NCBI GenBank assembly: GCA_017470995.1
Contig: JAFUXI010000066.1
Span: 5,129-69,128 of the forward strand
DNA from: Spirochaetales bacterium
GTDB taxonomy: Bacteria > Spirochaetota > Spirochaetia > Sphaerochaetales > Sphaerochaetaceae
DNA: 64,000 nucleotides
Direction of reading: 5' to 3'
The translations under genes were made by a program, and so were the position numbers. The notes under the pieces are model-generated. The model did not search any database and was not told the DNA's origin. It saw only the letters and a program-made list of their open reading frames with translations. Of this stretch, positions 45,056 to 53,297 are shown piece after piece (position 1 is the first letter of the stretch; each line of letters opens with the position of its first letter).

Positions 45056-45224
45056 ACAAGTCAGGCACTCATGTGCATAAGCCGGTCCCAGCCTGAGCAG
45101 AGCCTTTTCTGCTCCATACGGGTGGGCCCGCATCGGTTATGGCCAGCGGGCACACCTATTGCGCAGAGCCACCGCACAGGCTGAGAACAGCTTCTGCACA
45201 ATCATGCAGAGGCGACTGAAGTGC

Positions 45225-45257
45225 AAAAAAAGGCCGCCGCAGAAATCTGCGACGGCC
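45225..45257 (-). terminator. rho-independent terminator of the hydrolase gene
   Basis: GGCCGTCGCAG-ATTT-CTGCGGCGGCC (one mismatch) followed by a T7 run on the minus strand. Confidence 0.85.
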
Positions 45258-45282
45258 ATTGATACCGATTCCGATGTAACTA

Positions 45283-47520
45283 TCAGTAGATACCCCAGAA
45301 GGCTGCCACTTCGTTGCTTCCATACCACATGAACTGGTGCGAAATGTAGCCGGCGCATCTCCAGGCAATGAGGATTGCCACGAAGAAGGCACCGAGCCAG
45401 ACGCTTCCTGTCAGCTTGTAGAACTTCCTGTAGATGTAGTTGCAGATGGGAACAAGCGGAATGATGGAGAGCGTGCACTGGATGTGGAAGATATCCGGGT
45501 TGCCTGCGTTCGAGTATGTGTAGATGAACGAGATTGCCATCAGCAGGATCATACCGAGTGAGGTGAACAGCACGTTCAGTGCGGTATCGGCACTATCTGA
45601 CACACCCTTGAAACGCACCATGTTGTTGAGGGTGCTGATCACAAGCGTTGCAGGCAGGATCAGGATGAAGTACCTGGCCATTCTTCCGAACGAATAGTTG
45701 TTCATGACATCGAACGAACCGTCGATCATCAGGAATCTCGAATAGAACATCGTATTGATGAAGTTGGCGGCTGCATAGCTTGCAGCGAACAGGATCACCG
45801 CAATGAGGAGTGTCTTGAAGATATTCTTCACTCCGCCGATGTTCAGCTCCTTGAGCGATGATAGGCACTGCTCCTTGTTCTTCTTGTTGATCCTGCCCAG
45901 GATGAAGTACAGTAGTGCGCCGAAGAACATCGTCAGGAAGAGCATCTGGAAGCATCTGACCTGACCGGGCTCCCATGGCAGCCACTTGCTCATGCTCTTG
46001 TTGGAGAGCGTGAAGCTTTCATCGGACATCTGTGCTCCGTAGGCACCTGCGAATCCCGCGATGATCGTTGCGATCAGGTAGAACACGAAGTTCTTGCCCT
46101 TCAACGGCATCCTTGCCTCGGGCAGCTCGTGCTTGACTGACTTGAACAGCTCAGTACTGACCAGTAGTGCGATGATCGAGCAGAGCGCACCGATGAGTGA
46201 CAGGAACGACAGCGTGCTGAAGATGAGAATCAGATAGCCGTGGAAGCAGCTGTGAGTGTCGATCGGTTTTGTGTTCGGGTCTGAAAGCTCGCCGTTGTTG
46301 TATCCGCAGACCTGTGTGTAGAACTCCAGGTACTGTGAAATGGCTCTCTGGCTCCACAGGTTGCCGTTGTGCATCGTTACCGGGTTCAGGAAGAAGCGGG
46401 CGTTGTTGTTGTCGATGGCGTTCTTGAGAGCCGCGCTGTTGGAGATGTTGACGCTCCAGGCCTCGCCCAGATTCGTTGACTCCGCGGTGGGATCGTGGAT
46501 GTAGTCGGCGATATCATACCAGCTGTTTCTTGCAACCGGTGTGGTGACGTGGAAGATTCCCTTGTACTGTGCTGTGCTGCCCAGCTGCAGGCTTCCTGCG
46601 ACCTTCTTGGACCAGCCGCTCTTGAAGAGGTTCGTCCAGATGAAGCGTGTTCCGATGTTATTTGCGGGGACATCGTCGCTTACGCCGGACTGCTCATGTG
46701 TTCCGAGACCGACGATGAGGTTCATCTGCGGGTCACGCACAACCGTGTAGCCGGCGACCGTCGTCTTGACGCCGTAGGCTCTCTCCGTGAGCCTTGCAGC
46801 CTTGAAGTAGGTGTTTACGATCTCTTCCTGCTGTGCCCTCTTCTCGAGATATCTTCCGTAGTCGACATCGCTGAGCCTGTCCTTTGCGAACTGATCGGCG
46901 TCCTGTGTGATCTCTTCCTCAGTAAATGTGAGGCCGAAGTCGTTGTATAGGACATTGATGAGCCTGTCGTTTAGTGTCAGGTTCAGTCCGTAGTAAGTGA
47001 CGACCTTCGTGAAGAGGTGGCGGCCCGTGGAGTGTGCCCAGCAGCAGATTCTAGTCGGGTCTACAATTGCCATTGAAAGTGCATACTGGTATGCATCCCA
47101 CATTCCCATGGTTGCACCACGGTTCCATCTGGCACCGTCCATGCCGGTGGTTCCGTCTTCAACAATCTGCGGCTGATCCGAAAGACCTGCACCGTAGGCG
47201 CTGATGTTCAGGACCACGAAACCGCGGCGGGCCATTTCCCATGCCATCATGCTGTCTGCCGCCAGCGGCTCGGAGCCTCCGTGGGTCAGCAGGATACACG
47301 GGAGATTGCTGTTGTTGTCGGCGTCAGCCGGATAGTACAGCTCAATGTGAAGATCTCCGCCTCTGACGTTCAGTATGACATCCGAGACATTGATCTTATA
47401 GCCTCTGGTCATCAGGACCTGGGCCAGCAGACTGAATACGATGATGAGGGCAACGAACAGGGCCAGGAATCTCAGGGCTCCCTTCGTTGTCTTCAATGAG
47501 AAGAACTTCTCCTTTTCCAT
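45283..47520 (-). CDS. membrane-anchored alpha/beta-hydrolase fused to a polytopic membrane domain
   Basis: Start trimmed to ATG 47520 (RBS GGAGGG). An N-terminal TM helix is followed by a hydrolase region (ILLTHGGSE, nucleophile-elbow-like WAHSTG). The C-terminal half has about 8 TM helices. Confidence 0.65.
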   Translation of the reverse strand: MEKEKFFSLKTTKGALRFLALFVALIIVFSLLAQVLMTRGYKINVSDVILNVRGGDLHIELYYPADADNNSNLPCILLTHGGSEPLAADSMMAWEMARRGFVVLNISAYGAGLSDQPQIVEDGTTGMDGARWNRGATMGMWDAYQYALSMAIVDPTRICCWAHSTGRHLFTKVVTYYGLNLTLNDRLINVLYNDFGLTFTEEEITQDADQFAKDRLSDVDYGRYLEKRAQQEEIVNTYFKAARLTERAYGVKTTVAGYTVVRDPQMNLIVGLGTHEQSGVSDDVPANNIGTRFIWTNLFKSGWSKKVAGSLQLGSTAQYKGIFHVTTPVARNSWYDIADYIHDPTAESTNLGEAWSVNISNSAALKNAIDNNNARFFLNPVTMHNGNLWSQRAISQYLEFYTQVCGYNNGELSDPNTKPIDTHSCFHGYLILIFSTLSFLSLIGALCSIIALLVSTELFKSVKHELPEARMPLKGKNFVFYLIATIIAGFAGAYGAQMSDESFTLSNKSMSKWLPWEPGQVRCFQMLFLTMFFGALLYFILGRINKKNKEQCLSSLKELNIGGVKNIFKTLLIAVILFAASYAAANFINTMFYSRFLMIDGSFDVMNNYSFGRMARYFILILPATLVISTLNNMVRFKGVSDSADTALNVLFTSLGMILLMAISFIYTYSNAGNPDIFHIQCTLSIIPLVPICNYIYRKFYKLTGSVWLGAFFVAILIAWRCAGYISHQFMWYGSNEVAAFWGIY

Positions 47521-47542
47521 AATTCCCTCCAAGATAACAGAA

Positions 47543-47558
47543 ATTTGTTCATACAAAT
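47543..47558. promoter_or_regulatory. near-perfect AraR-type palindrome in the hydrolase 5' leader
   Basis: ATTTGT-TCAT-ACAAAT, about 20 nt upstream of the hydrolase RBS. Confidence 0.5.
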
Positions 47559-47600
47559 TACAGGTTCATTATAACACGTGATTTCCAACTGTAAAGCTAA

Positions 47601-47650
47601 ATTTGTAAAAACAATTTTCCCATGAATTTCACGGAATTTGTATTGTTTTC
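47601..47650 (+). promoter_or_regulatory. two further AraR-type boxes
   Basis: ATTTGTAAAAACAATT (47601-47616) and ATTTGTATTGTTTTC (47636-47650). Confidence 0.45.
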
Positions 47651-47756
47651 AGGCTCTGGAGAACCTCAAAAATCATACAACTATAATATTTTTAGAGAAA
47701 CTACACCTAGAAAATGAAAAAAAACTTCAGGAATGTATCGTTTTTAACAATTTCAA

Positions 47757-47796
47757 TACAAATTCTACGAAAAACCGAAATTTGTACTTGTTTTTC
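47757..47796 (+). promoter_or_regulatory. inverted half-site pair / box
   Basis: TACAAAT (47757-47763) and ATTTGTACTTGTTTTTC (47780-47796). Confidence 0.4.
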
Positions 47797-47872
47797 TGTT
47801 GTGACATATAAAGTCCTGATATAACATCAGAAGAGGAAAAGTTCTGCTGATTCCAGCCTGGTCGGCAGATCC

Positions 47873-47906
47873 GGCTCTGTGGCAGTTTGGTCACAGAGCC
47901 TTTTTT
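47873..47906 (+). terminator. intrinsic terminator oriented on the plus strand (no annotated plus-strand gene upstream)
   Basis: 9-bp stem GGCTCTGTG/CACAGAGCC with a 10-nt loop, followed by a T6 run on the plus strand only. The T-run overlaps the stop codon of the minus-strand DUF4105 gene. Confidence 0.6.
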
Positions 47907-49173
47907 ATGCCTCTCTCTTTCCGGAAAGGAATCTTCCGAAGACGAGAGGCAGATAGAAAAGTACCATGGTGATGATGATGTTCCAGTTCTGCTGGAAGAA
48001 GATGTTGCCGGCAATCAGCTTGAGGATGGCAAGCAGCAGGATCAGGCCGAAGAGCATCTTGTGTGAAATCGAGACAACCCTACCCCACTTGTCCGCTTTC
48101 TTGCCGCAGGCCATGAAGGAGAACACGGCAAGGACAATCAGCAGAGGGTTGATGAAGATTATGTTTTCGTTGAACCAGGTCACGTCATGGTTGGTGAAGG
48201 TCATCATGAAGAACAGCACGGTCCCGAGTATTCCGAAGATGATTTCCACTATTCCACTATATATATAATGTGCCTTTCTTAAGCCCACTAATAATAGCGC
48301 AAGCGATATTCCTCCGAGCACAAGCCCGAAGATCAGGGAGAACAGAATGTTGTTCTGAGGCTTGGCCGGGACTTCGCAGTAGGTGCCTGAATTGTCAAGA
48401 ATCGTTTCTTTTTCCAAGCCATAGAAAGCAAGGACGCCCTTTTCCAGCATCTCGGGTAGGAACATCTCATCCCAGAGGGTTGCACTTCTGTCTATGCTTG
48501 CGCTTTGAAGGAAGTCCAGACCCCAGAGCACGAACGGGTTCTTCGAGAGAGCACGGGAGGCCTGCTGCCTGAAAGTCAGTCCGGAAATGGACTCGGCCCA
48601 GGCTTTGAACGCCCCGCCTGTTGTCCTGTCGATTATGTCCCTTAGTCTGGTTGCGCAGTTGTCTTCGTAGTGGTGATAAAGATAGACGCGGTTCTCCGAT
48701 CGGGTATTGGCATTAAGAAATCCTACGACGGCCTTCTTCTGCTCGGATGTAAACGGCAGCACGACCTTAGTGACGCTTCTGCCCTCATCCTCGATCTCTG
48801 CCAGCTGATAGGCAGCATTCGAAGACAGACACAGGAACCAGAGCCTGCCGAAGGCGAAGTTTATGAAGAAGTCCTCGTCATTGAAGGAGAACGTACCGTA
48901 GTCGAAGATGATGTTGCGCCCGTCGGGAGTGCTGACAAGGAAGGCCGAATGACCGAACCATGAATAGAGCGGACCACCCGAGGAGATCGTCAGAAGCGAG
49001 ATCTCGCAGTTGTCCCAGAATGAAGCATAGCCGTCATCGGTCTCATCGTAGTATGTCTCGAGCATGGGGACGGAATCGAAAGGATGGACCTCCTCGGCAT
49101 TCCTGATGCTTATGCAGAACGCGGCACAAACCGCTATGAGGCTCAGGATTGCTACGCAGAGGGCTTTCTTCAT
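47905..49173 (-). CDS. DUF4105-like (Lnb N-terminal domain) membrane protein
   Basis: Signal peptide, the motifs GGPLYSWFGHSAFLV and FDYGTFSF, and C-terminal TM helices. Confidence 0.7.
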   Translation of the reverse strand: MKKALCVAILSLIAVCAAFCISIRNAEEVHPFDSVPMLETYYDETDDGYASFWDNCEISLLTISSGGPLYSWFGHSAFLVSTPDGRNIIFDYGTFSFNDEDFFINFAFGRLWFLCLSSNAAYQLAEIEDEGRSVTKVVLPFTSEQKKAVVGFLNANTRSENRVYLYHHYEDNCATRLRDIIDRTTGGAFKAWAESISGLTFRQQASRALSKNPFVLWGLDFLQSASIDRSATLWDEMFLPEMLEKGVLAFYGLEKETILDNSGTYCEVPAKPQNNILFSLIFGLVLGGISLALLLVGLRKAHYIYSGIVEIIFGILGTVLFFMMTFTNHDVTWFNENIIFINPLLIVLAVFSFMACGKKADKWGRVVSISHKMLFGLILLLAILKLIAGNIFFQQNWNIIITMVLFYLPLVFGRFLSGKREA

Positions 49174-49286
49174 GCCTGAATAATAACATCACAAGGCTTC
49201 ATATAAAAGATATGGATTTAAAGTATACAAATAGTAGACTTTATAATATACTTTATCTGCAATCCCGTACCATGAAGGAGGCAATC

Positions 49287-50624
49287 ATGAACCTCGGAAC
49301 CGAAAGCGAGAACCTTGAATTCAAGGAAACGCTGACTCAGCTGGACAACGGACTCAAATCCCTAAGCGCCATGCTCAACCGCCATGGCAGGGGATGCGTC
49401 TGTTTCGGAGTCAGGGACAACGGAGACGTAATCGGCACCGACGTGGGAAAGGACACCCTGAACAAAATCCGACAGAGGATTTCGGAGCTCATCCAGCCGA
49501 AGGTCGTTGCGGACATAAAGACATGCTCTTCCGATGACTGCAAAACCTATATTACGGTAAGCGCAGAGGGTTGCGACATACCCTACTCTTGCGACGGAAG
49601 GTACTTTATCCGCATCGTCGACTCGGATGAGAAGGTTCCGAACGATCTGTTGAGACGCATGCTGATTTCCAGCAGCATGGATCTGGCAAGAAGCCGTGCA
49701 TCCGACATTCAGGACCTTACGTTCTCCCAGCTCTGCACATTCTTGCTGGCAAAGGGCATACACATAGAAGACAACGAACGACTCTATTCCAGCTACGGGC
49801 TGCGTACCGCAGAAGGGCTCTACAACATCATGGCCTTCATTCTGTCCGACCAGAACAACTTCTCAATCAAGATCGTGCGGTTTGCAGGAAAGGACAAATC
49901 AGTAATGTCGGAGCGAACCGAGTATGGCGGCAGATGTCTTTTGACCTCGCTCGAGCAGGTCCTGCAGTATGCGACGGCAATCAACACGACCAAGGTCGAC
50001 CTTTCTGGAGGACAACGCAGGGAGAAGGAACTCTTCGATTTCGAGGCATTCAGGGAAGCTTGGGTCAATGCCTGCCTTCACAACAGCTGGGCGGAACTCC
50101 TGCCGCCGTCGGTCTTCATTTTCGATGACAGGATTGAGATCGTTTCCTACGGGGGACTTCCGTACGGCCTTTCGGAAGAGGATTTTTACAACGGCAAGAG
50201 CGTCCCGGTCAACAGGGCGCTGATGACAATATTCTCACTGACGGGTTTTGCAGAACAAAGCGGCCACGGAGTTCCCGTCATAGTGGCAAGATACGGCAGA
50301 AAGGCCTTCTCGTTCAGCAACGGGATGCTCACGGTCACCATTCCGTTCTCCTACGAGCCAGATTTTGGAAGTCTCAGAAAACGCATGAGCCATGCAGTCC
50401 TTCCACAGCTGACGGAGAAACAGTTCAGGATCCTCAGGTACCTTGCGGAGAACCCGACATCAACCCTATCTGCTGCAGCAGAAAAAGAGGACATGAGCCT
50501 TGCCTGGGCGAAGAAGATTGCATTGGTGCTTCAGAGCATGAGCGTGCTTGCCAGGGTCGGTTCCAAGAAGACCGGAGAATGGAAGGTGGATCCGGATCTT
50601 TTGGACTATCTTCAGGACAAATAG
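49287..50624 (+). CDS. AlbA_2 (Schlafen-like) / HATPase_c_4 putative DNA-binding regulator
   Basis: Start set at ATG 49287 (RBS AAGGAGG). Contains ESENLEFKE, a central FREAWVNACLHNSW...GFAEQSGHGVPVI segment, and a wHTH-like C-terminus. Confidence 0.7.
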   Translation: MNLGTESENLEFKETLTQLDNGLKSLSAMLNRHGRGCVCFGVRDNGDVIGTDVGKDTLNKIRQRISELIQPKVVADIKTCSSDDCKTYITVSAEGCDIPYSCDGRYFIRIVDSDEKVPNDLLRRMLISSSMDLARSRASDIQDLTFSQLCTFLLAKGIHIEDNERLYSSYGLRTAEGLYNIMAFILSDQNNFSIKIVRFAGKDKSVMSERTEYGGRCLLTSLEQVLQYATAINTTKVDLSGGQRREKELFDFEAFREAWVNACLHNSWAELLPPSVFIFDDRIEIVSYGGLPYGLSEEDFYNGKSVPVNRALMTIFSLTGFAEQSGHGVPVIVARYGRKAFSFSNGMLTVTIPFSYEPDFGSLRKRMSHAVLPQLTEKQFRILRYLAENPTSTLSAAAEKEDMSLAWAKKIALVLQSMSVLARVGSKKTGEWKVDPDLLDYLQDK

Positions 50625-50629
50625 AAAGA

Positions 50630-50647
50630 GGAGTCCTCGCGGACTCC
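50630..50647. terminator. hairpin between convergent genes
   Basis: GGAGTCC-TCGC-GGACTCC, followed by TCTTTCT on the minus strand (downstream of nhaC). Confidence 0.45.
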
Positions 50648-50672
50648 CCCATTACATGATCCGGACTCGGTT

Positions 50673-52316
50673 TCAGGCTGCAGCCTTCTTTGCCGTGATC
50701 TTCTTGATCACGAAAAGCGTAGCGATCATAAGGACTACTGAAATCGGAAGAACGATGCCCCACTTGGGAACAAAGCCTGCGATTATGTAGCTTACGAACG
50801 AAACAAGGGCCACAGTGATTGCATAAGGCAGCTGGGTGTTGACGTGGTTGATATGGTCACAGTCGGCACCGGCGCTGGCCATGATTGTTGTATCCGAAAT
50901 CGGTGAGCAGTGGTCACCGCACACCGCTCCTGCCATACATGCGGAAACACAGACGACTCCGATCTGCGTGGTGATCGGGAAGACGCTGATAGTAATCGGA
51001 ATCAGGATTCCGAATGTTCCCCAGGATGTTCCGGTCGAGAACGAGAGGAAGCATGCGATCAGGAAGATGATTGCGGGAAGCATGATCTGGAAGCCGGCTG
51101 CAGATCCTTTGACCACAGTCTCGACGAATTCCTTTGCCCCGAGGCTGTCGGTCATGGACTTGAGCGTCCATGCGAAGACCAGGATCAGGATTGCCGGAAC
51201 CATTGCCTTGAAGCCCTCGGGCAGGCAGCTCATGATGTCCTGGAACTTCAGGACGCGCCTGATGAGGTAGTAGATGATTACGATGATGAAGGTGCATGCG
51301 CTTCCGAGAAGAAGGCCTACGGATGCATCGGAATCGGAGAAGGCCTGGATTACTCCTGCGCCCTCGAAGAATTCGCCGCTGTAGAGCATGCCGATCACAC
51401 AGGCGATGATGAGAACCACAATCGGGAACACGAGGTCGATGACCTTACCGCTCTTGCGGCTCTTGTCCTTGATCGTCTCCTCTTCCTTGACCTCGATTGC
51501 CTCCGAGAAGGAACCGCTTCTGCTGATCATATTGTCGATCTTCTGCTTTGCGGACTCGACCGTGTAGGGCTCGAACTTGAGCATCGGGCCGTAGTCGAAC
51601 TTCATCAGAGCCAGACAGAGCATCATGACGATTGTCAGGATGGCGTAGAAGTTGAACGGAATTGCCTTCACGAAAAGACCGAATCCGCTGACTCCGGAAT
51701 CCTTGACGAAGCCCGAAACCGCAGCGGCCCATGAAGAAACGGGAGCTATGATACAAACAGGGGCTGCCGTTGCGTCGATGAGGTAGCTGAGTTTCTCCTT
51801 GGAGATGTTGTGCTTTTCAGCTACGGGACGCATGACCGATCCGACGGTCAGACAGTTGAAATAGTCGTCGATGAAGATCAGAACGCCCAGGGCCGTGGTA
51901 GCCAGCATGGCTCCGGTCTTGGTCTTGATGTGCTCTGACGCCCAGCGTCCGAATGCCTCGGATCCGCCGGCCTTGTTCATCAGGGCGACTATGGCGCCAA
52001 GAAGGACCAGGAAGATCAGGATTCCGACATTGTAGGAATTGGCAATGGATGCCACGAATCCGTCCTGGAATACGTGGACCAGCGTGCCCTCGAAGCTGAA
52101 GCCGGAATAGAGAAGACCTCCGATGAGGATTCCGATGAACAGCGATGAATAGACTTCCTTGGTGGAAAGCGCAAGTCCGATTGCAACCACAGGCGGCAAC
52201 AGGGCCCAGATGGTATAGGTGAAATCCTTGCCCGAGCAGGCTGCGATGATCATCAAAGTCAGTACAAGCAGTACGAAGATGCCCTTGACGATTGTGGCTT
52301 TCTTGATTTTTGCCAT
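50673..52316 (-). CDS. nhaC: NhaC-family Na+/H+ antiporter-like transporter
   Basis: Start trimmed to ATG 52316 (MAKIKKATIVKG). Polytopic. Contains ALLPPVVAIGLALSTKEVYSSLFIGIL and GDHCSPISDTT. Confidence 0.85.
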   Translation of the reverse strand: MAKIKKATIVKGIFVLLVLTLMIIAACSGKDFTYTIWALLPPVVAIGLALSTKEVYSSLFIGILIGGLLYSGFSFEGTLVHVFQDGFVASIANSYNVGILIFLVLLGAIVALMNKAGGSEAFGRWASEHIKTKTGAMLATTALGVLIFIDDYFNCLTVGSVMRPVAEKHNISKEKLSYLIDATAAPVCIIAPVSSWAAAVSGFVKDSGVSGFGLFVKAIPFNFYAILTIVMMLCLALMKFDYGPMLKFEPYTVESAKQKIDNMISRSGSFSEAIEVKEEETIKDKSRKSGKVIDLVFPIVVLIIACVIGMLYSGEFFEGAGVIQAFSDSDASVGLLLGSACTFIIVIIYYLIRRVLKFQDIMSCLPEGFKAMVPAILILVFAWTLKSMTDSLGAKEFVETVVKGSAAGFQIMLPAIIFLIACFLSFSTGTSWGTFGILIPITISVFPITTQIGVVCVSACMAGAVCGDHCSPISDTTIMASAGADCDHINHVNTQLPYAITVALVSFVSYIIAGFVPKWGIVLPISVVLMIATLFVIKKITAKKAAA

Positions 52317-52319
52317 AAA

Positions 52320-52541
52320 AAACCTCCACTTCTCCATGCCATGATATCTACCACGACACGGACTATGGAGGTCTGTGACCGATAGCTCTCCGCCATTGCT
52401 GGCGACAGTACGCAGGATATTGTCCCGCATCCCGGACGAAAGTCTTCCCAGGCAGAAGACCATCTCCTCGGCAGTTGACCCTTTTTCCGTCCGGCATTTC
52501 CTGAAGACCGATCGGGTACTCTTTTCAACCGCACCTCTATC
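52320..52541 (-). promoter_or_regulatory. lysine riboswitch (L-box) with SD-sequestering/terminator hairpin
   Basis: The minus-strand RNA reads GATAGAGGTGCGG..AAGAGTA..GGAAA..GGGTCAACTGCCGAGGAG..CTGTCGCC..GGCGGAGAGCTATC, with GATAG/CTATC closing P1. It is followed by CCTCCAT...GTGGAGGTTTTTT, which overlaps the SD just before the ATG. Confidence 0.8.
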
Positions 52542-52619
52542 ATGATCTGGAGTTTCTTGCCACTGATGTTACTATACATAGTTGCACAGAGTCAACCTCG
52601 CGTTATAAAATTGTATAAT

Positions 52620-53297
52620 ATGGAAGTCAAGCTGCCCGAAATCCGCAAATCAGAGGTCCTCAGATACCTGGGATACAATGGCCAGGACCTCGGCAGTACG
52701 CTTGAAGAGCAACTTCAGCGATGCATCGATGCGGTAGCCTCCTCTGCCCGCCCGAGGCTTACATACAGGATCTTCGATGTCAGAAACTCCGAAATAGAAG
52801 GTCTCAGCCTGGAAGGAAGCGACATAAGGGAGCTTCTGGAATCCTCGAAGCAGGCGATCATCATGGCGGCAACACTCGGAGCGGAGGCCGAGGCCCTTCT
52901 GAGGAGGACCGAGGTTACAGACATCTCCGATGCAGTGATCATGGACAGCGCCCAGAGCGTGGCGATCGAGAGCGTATGCGATGCCTTCGAGGCGAAGATG
53001 AGAATCTTCTACAGGGAGGAGAACCTCTATCTCACCGACCGCTACAGCCCGGGCTACGGGGACCTGCCCCTGGACAGCCAGAAGCTTCTGATGAATGTCC
53101 TTCAGACGGAAAAACGCATAGGTCTTGCCGCCACTGCTAGCAATATGATGGTTCCAAGAAAGTCCGTAACCTGTATAATCGGAATATCGGACAGGGCGCA
53201 AAAGCTTCAGCGCAGCGGCTGCAGTACCTGCATGATGGCACAAAAGTGCACTTACAGAAAACAAGGGAGAGTCTGCAATGGCCAAAACGATACTTGA
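52620..53297 (+). CDS. stand-alone methionine synthase reactivation (AdoMet-binding) domain protein
   Basis: Start trimmed to ATG 52620. Contains SPGYGDLPL and an overall Met_synt_B12-like pattern. Lies directly upstream of, and overlaps, the truncated metH. Confidence 0.75.
   Translation: MEVKLPEIRKSEVLRYLGYNGQDLGSTLEEQLQRCIDAVASSARPRLTYRIFDVRNSEIEGLSLEGSDIRELLESSKQAIIMAATLGAEAEALLRRTEVTDISDAVIMDSAQSVAIESVCDAFEAKMRIFYREENLYLTDRYSPGYGDLPLDSQKLLMNVLQTEKRIGLAATASNMMVPRKSVTCIIGISDRAQKLQRSGCSTCMMAQKCTYRKQGRVCNGQNDT

Noticed and set aside
47714-47824. 36-aa plus-strand ORF (MKKNFRNVSFLTISIQILRKTEICTCFSVVTYKVLI)
   Set aside because: It has no RBS, lies in AT-rich operator-laden DNA, and has an implausible composition. 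If anything is transcribed here, it is more likely non-coding.
47727-48014. 95-aa minus-strand ORF spanning the DUF4105 gene 3' end and the intergenic region
   Set aside because: It overlaps the well-supported DUF4105 frame and the terminator hairpin. The rest is AT-rich non-coding sequence.
52541-52619. S-box (SAM) or cobalamin riboswitch upstream of the met operon
   Set aside because: Only about 80 nt remain between the L-box and the first met gene, and no conserved S-box or B12-box elements were seen. This is probably just a promoter region.
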